A stretch of 64,000 bases of DNA, from NCBI RefSeq assembly GCF_051903065.1, contig NZ_CP178438.1, one strand, 5' to 3'. The notes below the pieces were generated by a model. The model made no database searches. It saw nothing but the letters and a program-made list of their open reading frames with translations, and was not told the DNA's origin. The position numbers and the translations under genes are program-made. Below are positions 1 to 11,400 of the stretch, one piece after another; position 1 is the first letter of the stretch; each line of letters starts with the position of its first letter. The stretch is from Escherichia coli. Lineage in GTDB: Bacteria; Pseudomonadota; Gammaproteobacteria; Enterobacterales; Enterobacteriaceae.

Positions 1-693
1 CTGGCTGATCTGGCTAACCGCTATGTCGATGAACAGGCTCCGTGGGTGGTGGCGAAACAGGAAGGCCGCGATGCCGACCTGCAGGCAATTTGCTCAATGG
101 GCATAAACCTGTTCCGCGTGCTGATGACTTACCTGAAGCCGGTACTGCCGAAACTGACCGAGCGCGCAGAAGCATTCCTTAATACGGAACTGACCTGGGA
201 TGGTATCCAGCAACCGCTGCTGGGCCATAAAGTGAATCCGTTCAAGGCGCTGTATAACCGCATAGATATGAAGCAGGTTGAAGCACTGGTGGAAGCGTCT
301 AAAGAAGAAGTGAAAGCAGCTGCCGCGCCGGTAACTGGCCCGCTGGCAGATGATCCGATTCAGGAAACCATCACCTTTGACGACTTCGCTAAAGTTGACC
401 TGCGCGTGGCGCTGATTGAAAACGCAGAGTTTGTTGAAGGTTCTGACAAACTGCTGCGCCTGACGCTGGATCTCGGCGGTGAAAAACGCAATGTCTTCTC
501 TGGCATTCGTTCTGCTTACCCGGATCCGCAGGTACTGATTGGTCGTCACACCATTATGGTGGCTAACCTGGCACCACGTAAAATGCGCTTCGGTATCTCT
601 GAAGGCATGGTGATGGCTGCCGGTCCTGGCGGGAAAGATATTTTCCTGCTAAGCCCGGATGCCGGTGCTAAACCGGGTCATCAGGTGAAATAA
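1..693 (+). CDS. metG: Methionyl-tRNA synthetase, C-terminal part (5' end lies outside the window)
   Basis: Reading frame is open from base 1 (same frame as tracked ORF 46..693) to the stop at 691-693; C-terminal tRNA-binding-type domain; lies immediately upstream of the molR/yehI array as in E. coli. Confidence 0.85.
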   Translation: MADLANRYVDEQAPWVVAKQEGRDADLQAICSMGINLFRVLMTYLKPVLPKLTERAEAFLNTELTWDGIQQPLLGHKVNPFKALYNRIDMKQVEALVEASKEEVKAAAAPVTGPLADDPIQETITFDDFAKVDLRVALIENAEFVEGSDKLLRLTLDLGGEKRNVFSGIRSAYPDPQVLIGRHTIMVANLAPRKMRFGISEGMVMAAGPGGKDIFLLSPDAGAKPGHQVK

Positions 694-702
694 TCCCCCT
701 TC

Positions 703-733
703 AAGGCGCTGCATCGACAGCGCCTTTTCTTTA
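703..733 (+). terminator. Rho-independent terminator after metG
   Basis: 9-bp stem AAGGCGCTG / CAGCGCCTT with a 6-nt loop, followed by a T-rich run TTCTTTAT. Confidence 0.6.
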
Positions 734-833
734 TAAATTCCTAAAGTTGTTTTCTTGTTTGTTCAACGCTCTTAATTTTTTTCATTAACTGCTAGCATCC
801 GCTTATAACTGGATATAAATACAGGGAACGCGG

Positions 834-3800
834 ATGAAGAGTTATATCTATCAGGACGAAAAATCACATAAATTCTGGGCGGTGGAGCAGCAGGGAAACG
901 AGTTGCATATCAGCTGGGGAAAAGTTGGTACCCAAGGGCAAAGCCAGGTAAAAAATTTTGCTGATGTTGCAGCAGCGGAAAAAGCGAAACTGAAGCTTAT
1001 CGCGGAGAAAACGAAAAAAGGCTATGTGGAAAATGCTTCAGCAAACGTGCATATCCCCCCCATTACCAAAGCCACTCCTGAAGTTGAAACTTCCCCTGAG
1101 AGTAAAAACCAACGCCCCTGGCTGGCTGATGATGCGGTCATTCGGCTAACTGACGATATTAATCGATTTGCTTTTCCTCATCGCTCTCGCCCCAGAGAGA
1201 TCAATTATCTGCACAAAGATGGTCAAATATGGCAGCTCATCGCGAATAACACCAGAGCATATGATCCCGCCAACAATTACCGTTCTTATCCAGAAAACTG
1301 GCAGCAGGCTTTTGCTGAGTTACAAATGCGAGTTCAGGGTAATCAACAGACAGGGAGTGTGCAATCTGATGCAGCATTGCTCTGGAGTTTCTGGAACTCT
1401 TACTCTGCAGATGAACTGGTCGATGACTTAGTCATTCGCTGTGGTCTGGAAAGTGCCGTTGAAATTGCCCTTCTCGCTCTTCAACTTAGATATAAACCAG
1501 TAAAAGCCGACGTCACCACCATCATTCCCCCTGATCTCAAAGCAGAATCGCTACCGAACTGGCATCAACGTCTATGTCATCATCTTTCACTCGCTTCAGA
1601 AGATGAGTGGCAACGCTGTGTAGATAAGGTACTCGCGGCTATTCCCTCGCTATCCCCAGCACGGCAACCTTTTGCGGCGTTACTGATCCCTGAACGCCCG
1701 GATATCGCCAATGCTATGGCGCTACATTATGCAGATCAAAACGTTCCGGCGATGACCTGGTTAAGTATGATGGTAAGCGATGATGTTGCCCTGGCCATCC
1801 AGGAAAAATATGGTTTCCCACCGCTATATAATGATTTCCGCAAATATCTGGCTACGTTACTGGCAAATAATGGAATGCGTGGTGTAAGCCGGATTCTTCT
1901 CAAGCTACCTGTCGACTATCCCGTAAAATACACGGACCTTTTCACTCACATACACGCCAATGCTGAAAATCTTGTCAAATGGCTATGGAAAACGAATCAC
2001 CCGGATGCGATTCAAATTCTGATCCTCGGTGTAAATGGCAAGAAAAAGCACCTGGAATACTTAAGCAAAGCCTGCCAAAAACATCCCGCTGCGGCTATTG
2101 CCGCTTATGCTACTTTGCTGGCAATACATGAAAATAATGAGTGGCGTAAAGCGCTTGTCAAACTGATTACCGCCACGCCAGAGTTAGTATGCGAGGTCAT
2201 TCCCTGGGTTAATGCTAAGGCGGCAGGCATCTTATCTGAATGTCGTCCGCTGCCAATAGCTGAAGAATGTGAATATGCCACTGTGGATATGTTGCCGGAG
2301 CTGCTGGTCGCTCCACCGTGGGTAATAAATAAGAAAAAGAATGTCATACCCGTATTTGATTTACCGGTACTTCCCATTCCTGCCGTCACGGATATCACAC
2401 CAGGAATTACAGAGTTAATCAGTCATACTGACATATCCAGATTCAGTGAAATCGCGCAATATCAGGCATCACAGCAAACCTTATTTACCGACCTGCCACT
2501 AATTGAAAAAGAAAGCTGGGAGACATCTTTCATTCCTTTTACACCAGAACAACAAATTCTTTGGCAATTAGGTTTTAATGAATGGCTGCATTGCGAAAAT
2601 GACTTACATGAAAAAAAATATATACCGCAAAGCGCTGTTGATGCCTTGTTGCGCTTTGATTTTTCAGCACTAAAAGCTGAGTTTGCGAAATATCACAACA
2701 ATGCCAACAAAAGCTGGAATCTATCTGCGCTTTGTTACTTACCGGGACAACAGGCGATCTCATTTCTCAACCAAATAATCATTGAGGAGCGATATTCAGG
2801 TGAGAAAGAGATTCTGGCGGTTTTTGGTAGTACGGCCATTCCTGCGTTTATGACCTGCTTGCAACGAGATCATCAACGCCTGTGGATATTCACCCTTTTT
2901 ATTGGAGCCAGTGAACTAGCCTTACCAATGGCGCAGCGGTTACAGAAAAAAATAGCTTACAAGGATGCCGTTAATTGGCTGGCAAATAACCCGCGCCATG
3001 CCGCCGCCGGGCTACTGCCTTTGGCGCTGGGCAAACCGTGCCAAAATCGGGAATATGCCCGCCAGGCACTCCTCCTGCTAGTGAAATTAAACCAGCGAGA
3101 AACGATTGAGGAAATCGCCCAAGGATATAATCAACCTGATGTTTTAGCTGCGCTGGCAACATTATTTGATAGCGACCCACTGGAAGAATATCCTGCAAAA
3201 ATCGCCCCACTGCCCGGCTTTTATCAGTTCCCCTTATGGCGCAGACCTCGGCTTAAAAGTAACAACCTGCCTCTGCCAGATGACGCTATGCGCCACCTCG
3301 GCACAATGTTGAGCTTTCCACGCGACATTACCTCCTACGCTGGGCTGGCGATCATCAAAGAGACCTTCACCCGCGAATCACTGGCTGACTTTGGCTGGGA
3401 TCTCTACACGGCATGGACAGAAGCAGGCGCACCCGCAAAAGAGAACTGGGCATTTACCTCGCTGGGGATTCTAGGCAATGACGACACCGCGCGTAAACTA
3501 ACCCCGCTCATCCGCGCCTGGCCGGGTGAATCCCAGCATAAACGCGCGGTTTACGGGCTGGATGTGTTAGCCAGTATCGGTAGCGACATTGCGCTTATGT
3601 TGCTTAATGGCATTGCGCAAAAGATTAAATTCGTTGCATTACAGGAATATGCCAGCGACAGAATCAATATGGTCGCCGAAAATCGCGGACTGACAATGGC
3701 CGAACTGGAAGATCGCCTGGCACCGGATTTAGGGCTTGATAGCAGTGGCTCGCTAATATACTGGATTTCGGCCCCCGCAAATTCACCGTTGGTTTTGACG

Positions 3801-4636
3801 AAACCTTAAAACCTGTAGTGTGCGATGCAAACGGCAAAGTCCTGAAAGATTTACCTAAGACAAACCAGAGCGATGATAAAACACTGGCAACTGACGCAGT
3901 TAATCTCTTCAAACAGTTGAAAAAAGATGTTCGTGCTATCGCCAGCCAGCAAATTACCCGTCTGGAACAGGCTATGTGCCAGCGCAGACGCTGGACGGCA
4001 GAGCAGTTCCGCCTGTTTCTGGTGGAGCATCCGCTGGTACGTCACTTAACCCGACGGCTGTTATGGGGGGTTTATAACGATGAAAACGCCCTTATCATCT
4101 GTTTTCGCGTGGCAGAAGACAGCACTTACAGCGATGCGCAGGATGAGTTATTCACGCTGCCAGCAGGAAACATCGGTATACCGCATGTGCTGGAAATCCC
4201 CCCTGAATCCGCCGCTGCATTCAGGCAAATTTACGTTGATTACGAACTGCTTCCCCCTTTCCAACAGCTCGAACGTGGTAGTTACCACCTTGCTGATAAC
4301 GAACGTAATGTCCATGAATTGTCACGCTGGAACGGACGTCTCTGCCAGGCCGGACGCATTGTCGGGCTGGAACGCAGAGGCTGGCAACGTCTGGAAGAAA
4401 GCGGCAGCGTCTATGCGATGCGCAAATCTACCCCTTATGGTGCTCTCGAACTTGAAACAGAACCTTTTTCATTAATTTATGGCGAAACGGGGTATAGCGA
4501 CCTGCTGCCTGTCGAAAGCGTAAAAATCACCGCCCCTTATGATCGCTATGGTAAACAATCCTCACCCACTTTCTCCGTGCTCGACGACATCACCGCCAGC
4601 GAGCTGATTAACGACATTGAATCACTGTTTGATTAA
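834..4636 (+). pseudogene. molR: WGR-domain/DUF4132 protein (MolR-type), disrupted by a frameshift near 3750-3765
   Basis: ORFs 834..3809 (991 aa) and 3818..4636 (272 aa) together align colinearly with the intact 1249-aa paralog downstream; shifting frame at about 3757 restores the LDFG.RKFTV.FDETLKP motif seen in paralog 2; N-terminal WGR-like sequence MKSYIYQDEKSHKFWAVEQQ. Confidence 0.75.
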
Positions 4637-4648
4637 AAGGATTTAACA

Positions 4649-7600
4649 ATGAAAACCTATATTTATCAGGACGAAAAATCACATAAATTCTGGGCGGTGG
4701 AGCAGCAGAGAAACGAGCTGCATATCAACTGGGGCAAAGTCGGCACTAACGGGCAAAGTCAGGTAAAAAGCTTTGCTGATGCTGCGGCGGCAGAAAAAGC
4801 GGAACTGAAGCTGATTGCGGAGAAGGTGAAGAAGGGGTATGTGGAAGAATTATCTTCACCATCCCAACCCGCAATCAAAATAGAAACGATCGAAGTAGAT
4901 ACAGCTGACGTGGCAGAAACCAAAGTCGTATTTGACCAAAGTATGGTTGTTGAACCTGCTGAGACACCATGCCCGTGGCTGACAGATGATTCCACTATCC
5001 ATCTATCGGAGAAAAAGTCTCAGGGGGCCTTACCTTCCCGACGTTTTCCTGGGGATGCTGTAAGCGAACCACAAGACAGCCTCCTTATGAATTTAGGTCA
5101 GGATATTCATAATCTATCAGGAAAATTAACAACATACGATTTCAGTGCATGTTCTGCTAACTGGCAGCAGAATATCAATGAAGCTCTCGCTAATGGTCCA
5201 CTTTCTCCTGCTGCGTTGGCTGTACAGGTTGTTCTGGTTTCACGTAAATTCTGGGGCGAATGCCCTGAACTCATGGATGAAATTGTCTATGTCTACGGAC
5301 TAGAATTTGCCGTGGATATGTTTATTGCCATGCAATATATCTCGTTCGATTGCACTTATCACAGAACAAGCATACACATAACTTTTCAGCCATTATTAAT
5401 CCACGCACATTGTGTTACCCCCTTTGACGTTCGACTGCGTAAACATTTGGCTCTAGCAGAAGAAACTTTGTGGCAACGCTGTGTAGATAAATTCATTACA
5501 GCTTTGCCTGATATTCCTCCCGTTCAACAACCGATGGTAGCGCTAATGCTACCGGAACGCCCGGAGATTGCAGAAGAAGTCGCACGACGGTTACTGGAGC
5601 AGAAAAATGGCCACACTGTTGAATGGCTGAAACTTGTTGTACAAGAATCTTCCTTGCTCAAAGCACTGGAATCTTATTGCGCGTACGACCTTTTTAATGA
5701 CTATTACCATGGTTGCATCTGGAATGTCACCGTTTTGCAGGAGCAAGGGATTGCCGGAATCGCTCGCTTCGCCCCCTATGCTTATGCTGATCTTTGCGGA
5801 AGTATTCTCGCAGAGATCAATCACCCACAAGCATTAATGCTACTTATACGTGTGTCTGGCAAAACTAAACGCTGCCATGAACGAATGACTACGGCTTGCG
5901 CTGCGTTCCCACACGCAGCACTGGCAGCACTGGCGGAACTTCTAGTGCAAAAAGAAGAGAATAGTTGGCGCATTATGCTAATGACGATGCTTATCTCGCA
6001 ACCGACACTAGCAGAACAGGTCATTCCCTGGCTTTCGACACCCGCAGTTGCAGTGCTGAAATCATGCCAGCAACAACTGACACAGCCCTCAAACCATGCC
6101 TGCGTCGATCTACTGCCTGCCGTATTAGTCTCACCGCCCTGGCTTTCGAAAAAGAAAAAATCTGTAATGCCGGTATTGGATTTAACGCCATTACCGTTGG
6201 AGTCATGCTGTACATTGACCGAGACGGCAGAAAAAGAGATTCATGCAAGGCATCGCTGGCACGCACATCAAATAGACATCGGCCAAAAAGAGGATATTCA
6301 GAACTACCTGGCACGTCTGGGTTTCAATCGCTGGAATAATGGCCAGTATATGAAAGCGCCTGATGCTGCTATAGAGCTCTGGCAAAGGGGAGATTATTCC
6401 GCGCTGATCAGCGAATTTAAAACCTTCTGGCACTCCTATCAACGGGAATGGCAGCTTTACATGTTAGCCGCCCTGCCTATCGAAAAGACAGCGCAGGCGT
6501 GGAATGTCCTCAGTAAAGAGCCACACGTCGGTGTCGAGTTTGTCATGACGCACCTGCAACTCACTGGGTTACAGGGTTTTATTCACTCCTTTTCACGCTA
6601 CCCGCAAGAAGCTCTGCCTGTAGCACAATATTTTGCGGCTATCGAATTAGCGCCACTGATCGCCCGTGCCTTCAACAAACTCAAAACCCTACGACAAGAC
6701 GCCCGTAGCTGGCTGCTAAAATACCCGGAACACGCCATAACCGGCCTGCTGCCTTCGGCGCTCGGCAAAGCCGGTGAAGCACAGGATAACGCTCGCGCTG
6801 CCTTACGTATGCTTACCGAAAACGGTCATCAGCCATTACTGCAAGAAATCGCCCGGCGTTATAACCAGCCGGAAGTAACCGACGCGGTGAACGCTCTGCT
6901 TGCGCTCGATCCCTTAGATAATCACCCGACAAAAATCCCCACTCTTCCGGCCTTTTATCAGCCATCGCTCTGGACGCGCCCGGTATTAAATACAAACGCC
7001 CAATCACTGCCAGATAGCGCACTCCAGCACCTCGGTGAAATGCTCCGCTTCCCTCAGGAAGAGGCCCTGTATCCGGGATTATTGCAGGTGAAAGATGCCT
7101 GTACCGCCGACTCACTGGCTGAATTTGCCTGGGATCTGTTTACCGCCTGGTTGACTGCGGGCGCACCGTCGAAAGAGAGTTGGGCGTTCACTGCGTTAGG
7201 CGTTCTTGGTAACGATGACACCGCCCGCAAACTGACGCCATTAATACGCGCCTGGCCTGGTGAATCCCAGCATAAACGCGCCACCGTTGGGTTGGATATT
7301 CTCGCCGCTATCGGTAGTGATATCGCCCTGATGCAGCTTAACGGTATTGCCCAGAAACTGAAATTCAAAGCATTACAGGAGCGGGCAAAAGAAAAAATTG
7401 CCGACATTGCCGAAAGCCGCGAACTCACGGTGGCAGAGCTTGAAGATCGGTTAGCACCGGATCTCGGTCTGGATGATAACGGTTCGTTGCTGCTGGATTT
7501 CGGCTCACGCCAGTTCACCGTCAGCTTTGATGAAACCTTAAAACCGTTTGTGCGTGATGTTTCTGGCAGCCGTCTGAAAGACCTGCCCAAACCAAACAAA

Positions 7601-8398
7601 AGCGATGATGAATCACAGGCGAACGATGCTGTTAACCGCTACAAATTGCTGAAAAAAGATGCGCGTACCGTCGCCGCCCAGCAGGTAGCAAGGCTGGAAT
7701 CCGCCATGTGCCTGCGCCGCCGCTGGTCGCCGGAAAACTTCCAGCTCTTCCTGGTTGAGCATCCGTTGGTTCGCCACTTAACCCGCCGTCTGATTTGGGG
7801 TGTTTATAGCGCCGAAAACCAGCTACTGGCTTGCTTTCGCGTAGCGGAAGATAACAGCTACAGTACCGCTGACGATGATCTTTTCACCCTGCCGGAAGGC
7901 GATATCTCTATCGGCATTCCTCACGTTCTGGAAATATCACCAACGGATGCTGCCGCCTTTGGTCAGCTTTTTGCCGACTACGAACTGCTACCACCGTTCC
8001 GTCAGCTTGACCGTAACAGTTACGCCCTGACAGAAGCCGAGCGCAACGCCAGCGAACTGACCCGCTGGGCAGGCAGAAAATGCCCGAGCGGTCGGGTCAT
8101 GGGGCTGGCGAATAAAGGCTGGATAAAGGGCACCCCGCAGGATGGAGGCTGGATCGGCTGGATGATCAAACCTCTCGGTCGCTGGTCGTTAATCATGGAA
8201 ATCGATGAAGGTTTTGCGGTAGGCATGTCGCCAGCCGAACTGAGTGCCGAGCAGCTCTTAAGCAAGCTGTGGCTATGGGAAGGCAAAGCAGAAAGCTATG
8301 GCTGGGGGAGTAATTCAACACAGGAAGCGCAGCTCTCCGTACTCGATGCCATCACCGCCAGCGAGCTGATTAACGATATTGAAGCTCTGTTTGAATAA
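4649..8398 (+). CDS. WGR-domain/DUF4132 protein, intact paralog of molR (1249 aa)
   Basis: Tracked ORF; N-terminal about 65 aa nearly identical to copy 1; conserved C-terminal motif ASELINDIEALFE; start 12 bp after the end of copy 1. Confidence 0.8.
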   Translation: MKTYIYQDEKSHKFWAVEQQRNELHINWGKVGTNGQSQVKSFADAAAAEKAELKLIAEKVKKGYVEELSSPSQPAIKIETIEVDTADVAETKVVFDQSMVVEPAETPCPWLTDDSTIHLSEKKSQGALPSRRFPGDAVSEPQDSLLMNLGQDIHNLSGKLTTYDFSACSANWQQNINEALANGPLSPAALAVQVVLVSRKFWGECPELMDEIVYVYGLEFAVDMFIAMQYISFDCTYHRTSIHITFQPLLIHAHCVTPFDVRLRKHLALAEETLWQRCVDKFITALPDIPPVQQPMVALMLPERPEIAEEVARRLLEQKNGHTVEWLKLVVQESSLLKALESYCAYDLFNDYYHGCIWNVTVLQEQGIAGIARFAPYAYADLCGSILAEINHPQALMLLIRVSGKTKRCHERMTTACAAFPHAALAALAELLVQKEENSWRIMLMTMLISQPTLAEQVIPWLSTPAVAVLKSCQQQLTQPSNHACVDLLPAVLVSPPWLSKKKKSVMPVLDLTPLPLESCCTLTETAEKEIHARHRWHAHQIDIGQKEDIQNYLARLGFNRWNNGQYMKAPDAAIELWQRGDYSALISEFKTFWHSYQREWQLYMLAALPIEKTAQAWNVLSKEPHVGVEFVMTHLQLTGLQGFIHSFSRYPQEALPVAQYFAAIELAPLIARAFNKLKTLRQDARSWLLKYPEHAITGLLPSALGKAGEAQDNARAALRMLTENGHQPLLQEIARRYNQPEVTDAVNALLALDPLDNHPTKIPTLPAFYQPSLWTRPVLNTNAQSLPDSALQHLGEMLRFPQEEALYPGLLQVKDACTADSLAEFAWDLFTAWLTAGAPSKESWAFTALGVLGNDDTARKLTPLIRAWPGESQHKRATVGLDILAAIGSDIALMQLNGIAQKLKFKALQERAKEKIADIAESRELTVAELEDRLAPDLGLDDNGSLLLDFGSRQFTVSFDETLKPFVRDVSGSRLKDLPKPNKSDDESQANDAVNRYKLLKKDARTVAAQQVARLESAMCLRRRWSPENFQLFLVEHPLVRHLTRRLIWGVYSAENQLLACFRVAEDNSYSTADDDLFTLPEGDISIGIPHVLEISPTDAAAFGQLFADYELLPPFRQLDRNSYALTEAERNASELTRWAGRKCPSGRVMGLANKGWIKGTPQDGGWIGWMIKPLGRWSLIMEIDEGFAVGMSPAELSAEQLLSKLWLWEGKAESYGWGSNSTQEAQLSVLDAITASELINDIEALFE

Positions 8399-8407
8399 GG
8401 AAAGAGC

Positions 8408-11400
8408 ATGGACAAGGAATTACCGTGGCTGGCGGATAACGCCCAAGTGGAACTGAAATATAAAAAAGGCAAAACACCACTCAGCCATCGCAATTGGCCG
8501 GGCGAACCGGTGCCTGTTATCACTGAAAGCCTCATCCAGACACTGGGTGATGAATTGCTACAAAAAGCAGAGAAGAAAAAAAACATTGTCTGGCGTTATG
8601 AAAATTTTTCACTGGAGTGGCAGTCCGCCATTACGCAGGCCATCAACTTGATCGGCGAACACAAACCCTCAGTCCCGGCCCGCACAATGGCGGCGCTAGC
8701 CTGTATCGCGCAAAATGACAGCCAACAGTTGCTCGACGAAATCGTCCAACAAGAGGGGCTGGAATATGCGACTGAGGTGGTGATTGCACGCCAGTTTATT
8801 GCACGGTGTTATGAAAGTGATCCTCTGGTAGTCACATTGCAGTATCAGAACGAGGACTATGGCTATGGTTATCGCTCAGAAACCTATAACGAATTCGATC
8901 TCCGACTGCGTAAACACCTCTCTCTGGCAGAGGAAAGCTGCTGGCAGCGTTGCGCCGACAAACTCATTGCCGCACTGCCAGGAATAACCAAAGTTCGCCG
9001 TCCTTTTATTGCGCTGATCCTCCCGGAAAAGCCTGAAATAGCCAATGAACTCGCCAGTCTTGAAAGCTCCCGGTCAAGTCTCCATTCAAAGGAGTGGTTA
9101 AAGGTCGTTGCTACTGATAATACGGCGGTAAAAAAACTCGAACGATACTGGGGCCTGGACGTATTTAGCGATCGCGAAGCCAGCTACATGTCACAAAAAA
9201 ACCACTTCGGCTACGCGGCCTGCGCCGCCCTTTTGCGCGAACAAGGACTGGCAGCCATTCCGCGCCTCGCGATGTATGCCCATAAAGAAGATTGCGGCAG
9301 TCTGTTGGTACAAATTAACCATCCGCAGGTCATCCACACCTTGCTACTGGTGGCTGATAAAAACAAACCCAGCCTGCAACGTGTGGCTAAATACAGTAAA
9401 AACTTCCCCCACGCGACGCTCGCGGCACTGGCAGAACTGCTGGCGTTAAAAGAACCACCAGCCCGCCCTGGTTATCCAATCATCGAAGACAAAAAGCTGC
9501 CTGCCCAGCAAAAAGCACGCGATGAATACTGGCGTACGCTGTTACAAACGCTGATGGCATCGCAGCCACAACTGGTAGAAGAGGTGATGCAGTGGTTAAG
9601 TACTCAAGCCCGGGCAGTACTGAATAGTTATTTATTGGCACCGCCCAAACCGGTTATTGATGGCACCGATAACAGCAATCTGCCTGAAATCCTCGTTTCA
9701 CCACCGTGGCGTAGTAAGAAAAAAATGACAGCTCCACGTCTTGATTTGGCACCGCTCGAATTAACCCCGCAAGTTTACTGGCAACCAGGCGAACAAGAGA
9801 GGCTTGCCTCCACTGAGTCTGCCCGTTATTTCAGCACGGAATCTCTTGCGGAACGCATGGAACAAAAAAGTGGGCGAGTTGTATTACAGGAACTGGGTTT
9901 TGGGGATGATGTATGGCTGTTTCTGAATTATATACTCCCCGGAAAACTGGATGCTGCACGCAATTCACTCATTGTTCAGTGGCATTACTACCAGGGGCGG
10001 GTTGAAGAGATCCTGAATGGCTGGAACTCCCCGGAAGCACAATTAGCAGAACAGGCGCTCCGCAGCGGTCACATAGAAGCGTTAATTAACATATGGGAAA
10101 ATGACAACTACTCACGTTATCGTCCGGAAAAGAGTGTCTGGAACCTGTATTTATTGGCACAGTTGCCGCGTGAGATGGCTTTGACCTTCTGGCTGCGTAT
10201 CAATGAGAAAAAACATCTGTTCGCGGGTGAGGACTATTTTCTCAGTATCCTCGGATTGGATGCGCTACCAGGTCTGCTGTTGGCTTTTTTACATCGTCCA
10301 AAAGAAACATTTCCGTTAATTTTAAATTTTGGCGCAACAGAACTGGCCCTGCCCGTTGCCCGCGTCTGGCACCGTTTTGCGGGCCAGCGTAATCTGGCTC
10401 GCCAGTGGATTTTACAATGGCCGGAACATACGGCTACTGCACTTATCCCTCTTGTCTTTATCAAACCCAGCGATAATAGCGAAGCCGCATTACTTGCCCT
10501 GCGTTTACTGTACGAACAGGGACATGGCGAGTTGCTGCAAACCGTGGCAAACCGCTGGCAACGCGCTGATGTATGGCCTGCCCTGGAGCAGTTGCTTAAA
10601 CAGGGTCCAATGGACATTTACCCGGCACGCATTCCAAAAGCCCCTGATTTCTGGCATCCGCAAATGTGGTCCAGGCCGCGCCTTATCACTAATAATCAAC
10701 CTGTTACCGATGACGCTCTGGAAATTATCGGCGAAATGCTGCGCTTTACCCAGGGGGGACGTTTTTATAGCGGTCTGGAACAACTGAAAACGTTTTGCCA
10801 GCCACAAACGCTGGCCGCTTTTGCCTGGGATCTCTTCACTGCGTGGCAACAAGCTGGTGCCCCCGCAAAAGACAACTGGGCATTTCTGGCGTTAAGTCTC
10901 TTTGGTGACGAAAGCACGGCTCGGGATCTGACGACACAGATCCTCGCCTGGCCACAAGAAGGCAAATCTGCCCGTGCTGTCAGCGGCCTGAACATCCTTA
11001 CCCTGATGAATAATGATATGGCGCTGATGCAGCTGCATCATATATCGCAACGGGCTAAATCCCGCCCCTTACGTGATAACGCGGCGGAATTTCTTCAGGT
11101 GGTCGCAGAAAATCGCGGGCTAAGCCAGGAAGAGCTAGCGGACAGATTAGTCCCAATCCTGGGCCTTGATGATCCGCAGGCGTTGAGTTTTGATTTTGAT
11201 CCCCGGCAGTTTACCGTTCGCTTCGATGAAAACCTCAACCCGGTTATCTTTGATCAGCAAAACGTTCGCCAGAAAAGTGTTCCCCGGTTGCGTGCCGATG
11301 ACGATCAACTGAAAGCGCCCGAGGCACTGGCCCGACTAAAAGGGCTAAAAAAAGATGCTACTCAGGTGAGCAAAAACCTGCTCCCGCGTCTTGAAGCTGC

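Noticed and set aside
94-549. 151-aa minus-strand ORF inside metG
   Set aside because: Fully antisense to a well-supported coding frame; no independent support
3809-3818. Reading 834..3809 and 3818..4636 as two separate genes
   Set aside because: The two ORFs are consecutive segments of one protein relative to the intact paralog, joined by a single frameshift; the second ORF's Met is not at a homologous N-terminus
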